DNA from: Monocercomonoides exilis PA203
Lineage: Eukaryota > Protista > Preaxostyla
DNA: 64,000 nt
Assembly (NCBI GenBank): GCA_001643675.2
Contig: LSRY02000016.1
Location: forward strand, 1,550,001 to 1,614,000
Reading direction: 5' to 3'
Part shown: piece after piece, positions 60,498 through 64,000 of the stretch
Layout of the letters: every line of letters begins with the position of its first letter
Numbering within the stretch: the first letter of the stretch is position 1
Position numbers and translations under genes: made by a program
Notes under the pieces: generated by a model
Database searches by the model: none
What the model saw: the letters and a program-made list of their open reading frames with translations, nothing else
Told to the model about the DNA's origin: nothing

Positions 60498-62505
60498 AAA
60501 TATCACAAAAAAAAAAAAAAAAAAAGACGAATGAATAAGATCATTATGAATTATTGAATCGTTTTGAATAAAGAACACTACGCTGTTATTTTTTGTAGCC
60601 CTGGGTGACGTTGTGACTTCTGACGCAACTTATTCGATTTTTGATGGACGTGTCAGATTTTTCCACGTCACAAAAAAAGAAAAAAAGAAAAGAAAAGAAA
60701 AGAAAATTATTTATCAAAATTACCATTATTCAGTTATCACCAACGTGAAAGCGGAAATCGGATTTTTCATTCGTCACTGATGTCGCTGACGTCAATAATG
60801 TCACTTCAGGTCAATAATTCGAAAAAGTTGAAAGAATGAGCAAAAGAACAAAATGAACCCGTCAAAGAAAAAAAGTTTTGATTTTATTATTCTGAAAAAA
60901 CAACCATAAATTATCTTATTATTTTAGATTATTCAACTGTTATTATGAAAAAGGCTATGACAAGTCTGTAAAATCCACAAAATAATGCTATTTATCGTTT
61001 CTCACAATAACGTTATCATTGGAATTAGAATATTGTCTCGGTTTGAATTGCACATCAATTTTTTCAAGATTTTATAATCTTATTAGAAATAATTCATATC
61101 CAAAATGCTTATCAATCTTGTTTAGCGTATGTATATCACTCAACAAAATCAATAGAAAATATTGATCCATTTCAAATTACCCTGCATAACTACTGATAAA
61201 TATTTTTCATCAAAGGATTAGCAAGCTCAACACATTATGAAGTGATTATTACGGATTTGTTTATTATAATTAGAAAAATACGCACTGTGACTCAACAAGA
61301 AGTGATTGGAATTCTCAAATGCAGATACTCAGTATGCTCAGCATTGTTGTTTGTAAATCATTGATTTAGTGATTTGCACATAAGATTTAGAATTATTATA
61401 TGAAACAAATGATTCACATTCCATTCCCTAACATTTGAGATGTGTTAAATAAATGTGACAAAGCTAATGACAATTCCTTTTATCATCAGAATTATAACTT
61501 TCCTCTTCATTTATAGAACAAGGTTTTTCTAATTTGATAACTTTCAAAACTTCTTATCATTTATTAATATTTTTTGTGATTGGGTTTTATTCATCACCAA
61601 CTTCTCTCTTCTGAGGTTGTTTGAAATTGAGGTAATTGAAGCGAAATAAATGAGGAGGTTTGATGAATATAAACTTGAAAAAGAAATAGAGGAGATACAG
61701 CTTTGAACAACGAGAGGATGAAATTTTATTCACTTTTTTCATATAACTGATATTCATGGAAGTTTTTGGTAGAAGATTTTCGAAGAAGAATGGCTGAAAA
61801 TTGAATTACAAAAAAATTACCAATAATTTTCTATTCATATCATTTTTTAAAAACAAATTCTTGATTGAATATCATAGAAAAAGGCTTGTTAAAATTTCTT
61901 GTTTTCTATTTTGTGACATAAAAAAGTTTGAGTCTGAAATGAAAAATTTCTCTATTCATCACTCTTTCATAAAATGGTCAATTAAAATAAACAAAAAATC
62001 AAAACAATCAAAATTTTTCTGCAATTAATGAAGAATTACATGAAACAAAATGATTACACATTAATATTTTTCTTATTCCTTTTCAAATATTTCCTTTTAG
62101 CTTTTTCCATTTCATTATCTGTATTTTCATCCAATCTTTTAAAAAGTTTCAAAAAGAAATACAAACAATTCAATTCTTAAACGTGCCATTCAGTTATTAA
62201 GTGTTAATTACAGAAGTTTTTTTAAAAAAAAGTGTCGACCGCGCAACTTTCAAATTAGTCTTCAACTTCAATAGCACTGCTAACCACTGCATTTCTCAAG
62301 GAATAAATGAAAATTCAGTTAATTTCTCGGTGACAATTCTTCGCAAATAGAAAGACCTGAAAAACGCTGCAAATAAATCCAACTTATTATTCATTTGCAG
62401 TTTTCACTAAAACAGAAAATTTTTAAGTGTTCGGAGATATCTAACATAAGCTATTCCTTCGTTTGCTTCTTTTCTCTACCAACGAATACACTTTGTCAAT
62501 TCTTC

Positions 62506-62540
<35 letters not shown>

Positions 62541-62789
62541 CTTTTGCAAAACGCACCTCATTCACAACAACACCTTCCAGCTATCTTTTCATGAAAAATC
62601 CGTCAGTCAAAAACTTCAAAACTGATTGATAAGCAAATTGTGCATTTTGTGATGCCATTGATAATATTCGATGATTTCAGTTTTTTCCTTCAAATGCACT
62701 TCCTGCGACACAGGTTTTTTTTAATGAGAAAAAAATTATTAAACTGAAATTTTTAACATAATAAAACACTTCATATCTCCTAATATAAG

Positions 62790-63270
62790 TCAAAGCCAGT
62801 AATGCCATTTTATCTTCTTTCTTTGCTTATTTGTTATCTTCCTTGCTTGATGCTGCTTTCATAAGATATGGAACGCAAATTGATAGCAATTCCGATGATG
62901 TGGAAAAGCTGATCAAAAGAAGGCATTCTCAAACATTAACAACAATCTTTTCATCCTTTTCTTCTTTTTTCTGATCTTCTTCAACAATCATCTTCTCAAA
63001 TCTTTTGTTCAACAGAGAATTACTTAAACGATATCTCCATATGCCTTTCATTTCAATCCAATATGCAATATGCTCAATAAACATTTGAGCATTTTCCTTT
63101 CGCATTTTCTTTTCTTCGATCATTTTGTCTCTTTCGTTGAAAAACTTCACTGAAAAAACGAATTTTAACTCTTCTTTATTCATTTCACTAATGAGTTTGC
63201 CAGTTTCTCCGATTTTCTTTTTCTGTTCACATTCATTGTAATGCTCCAGTTCAGTTAACAATTATTCAAT
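62790..63270 (-). pseudogene. Fragment of the same expanded family as 54219-55677
   Basis: LTELEHYNECEQKKKIGE..SLLNKRFEKMIVEEDQKKEEKDEK versus FSELEHCTECVQKQKIKE..SSLNKRFERMIIDENEKKKDER. Confidence 0.75.
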
Positions 63271-63692
63271 AGATAATTAATAATAAAATGCAATTAACAG
63301 GAAATCAAACATATCGACATGGGCTGACTGAGATATTGTTTGATGGCATTCAATTTGTCCACTTTTTCAAAATTATCAAAGCAACGAAACTGCACAACGT
63401 TTGTTAATCTTATAGAGAAAACAAAAAGATGAAAAAATAATATTTTTAATGCGATTCAAACCAATAAAATTTATAACAATATCAATTTTCACACAATTCT
63501 GTTAAAAAATCTGTGTGCTTATCGGTATATATATAAAGAAACTCGTTTTATCACTTGAATCATGTTGTTATGGGATCTCATGATCAATTATTAAAAATCT
63601 CAAAAAGACATTATTTGAGAACATTTTTGTTGATATAATATTTTCATTTAGACCTGTGCGACACGACATGCAAATTTTTGTTGCTGTCGGTC

Positions 63693-63696
<4 letters not shown>

Positions 63697-63752
<56 letters not shown>
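63697..63752. repeat. poly(dA) tract
   Basis: About 56 consecutive A. Confidence 0.95.
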
Positions 63753-63755
<3 letters not shown>

Positions 63756-64000
63756 TAAATTTGAGTTATGAAATCGCTTATGTTGCATGAAATAATTTTA
63801 TCAAGTTAATATTTAATTTTTAAAATTTTATTTCAATCATTTGATCATATTATCCATTATTATATTATTGGATTCATTAAACATAATTTTCCAAATAAAG
63901 AGTTGTTAATCATATTTATCCTTTAATGAATAGTGCTAACACTAACGTTGTAATGAGTAATATTCTATTCGATTAATCTTTTATTCATGAAATCCAAACA

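Overview
AT-rich eukaryotic DNA with short GT-AG introns, Ser/Glu low-complexity tracts and many pseudogenes. The gene families resemble those of the oxymonad Monocercomonoides (inference from recalled families, not a database result); the standard genetic code fits. Main contents: (1) a nest of non-autonomous terminal-inverted-repeat (TIR) elements that carry host-gene fragments instead of transposases: a 6.6 kb element with 612-bp TIRs and an 8-9 bp target-site duplication (TSD) at 18236-24879, a 2.5 kb element with perfect 145-bp TIRs and an 8-bp TSD nested inside it, a second member of that family at 36068-38470, a 257-bp MITE (three copies) and a candidate 5 kb element; (2) decayed transposases of three superfamilies (Merlin/IS1595 twice, hAT, pogo DD35D); (3) one long intact gene (39552-43457) of 43 exact 30-aa repeats with cap repeats and variable di-residues; (4) a PMP-like beta-helix family whose two long paralogues have divergent 5' halves and near-identical 3' halves; (5) pseudogenes including an importin-alpha-like gene. 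No rRNA, tRNA or CRISPR array was recognised. All alignments were done by eye, so pseudogene boundaries and identity figures are approximate.
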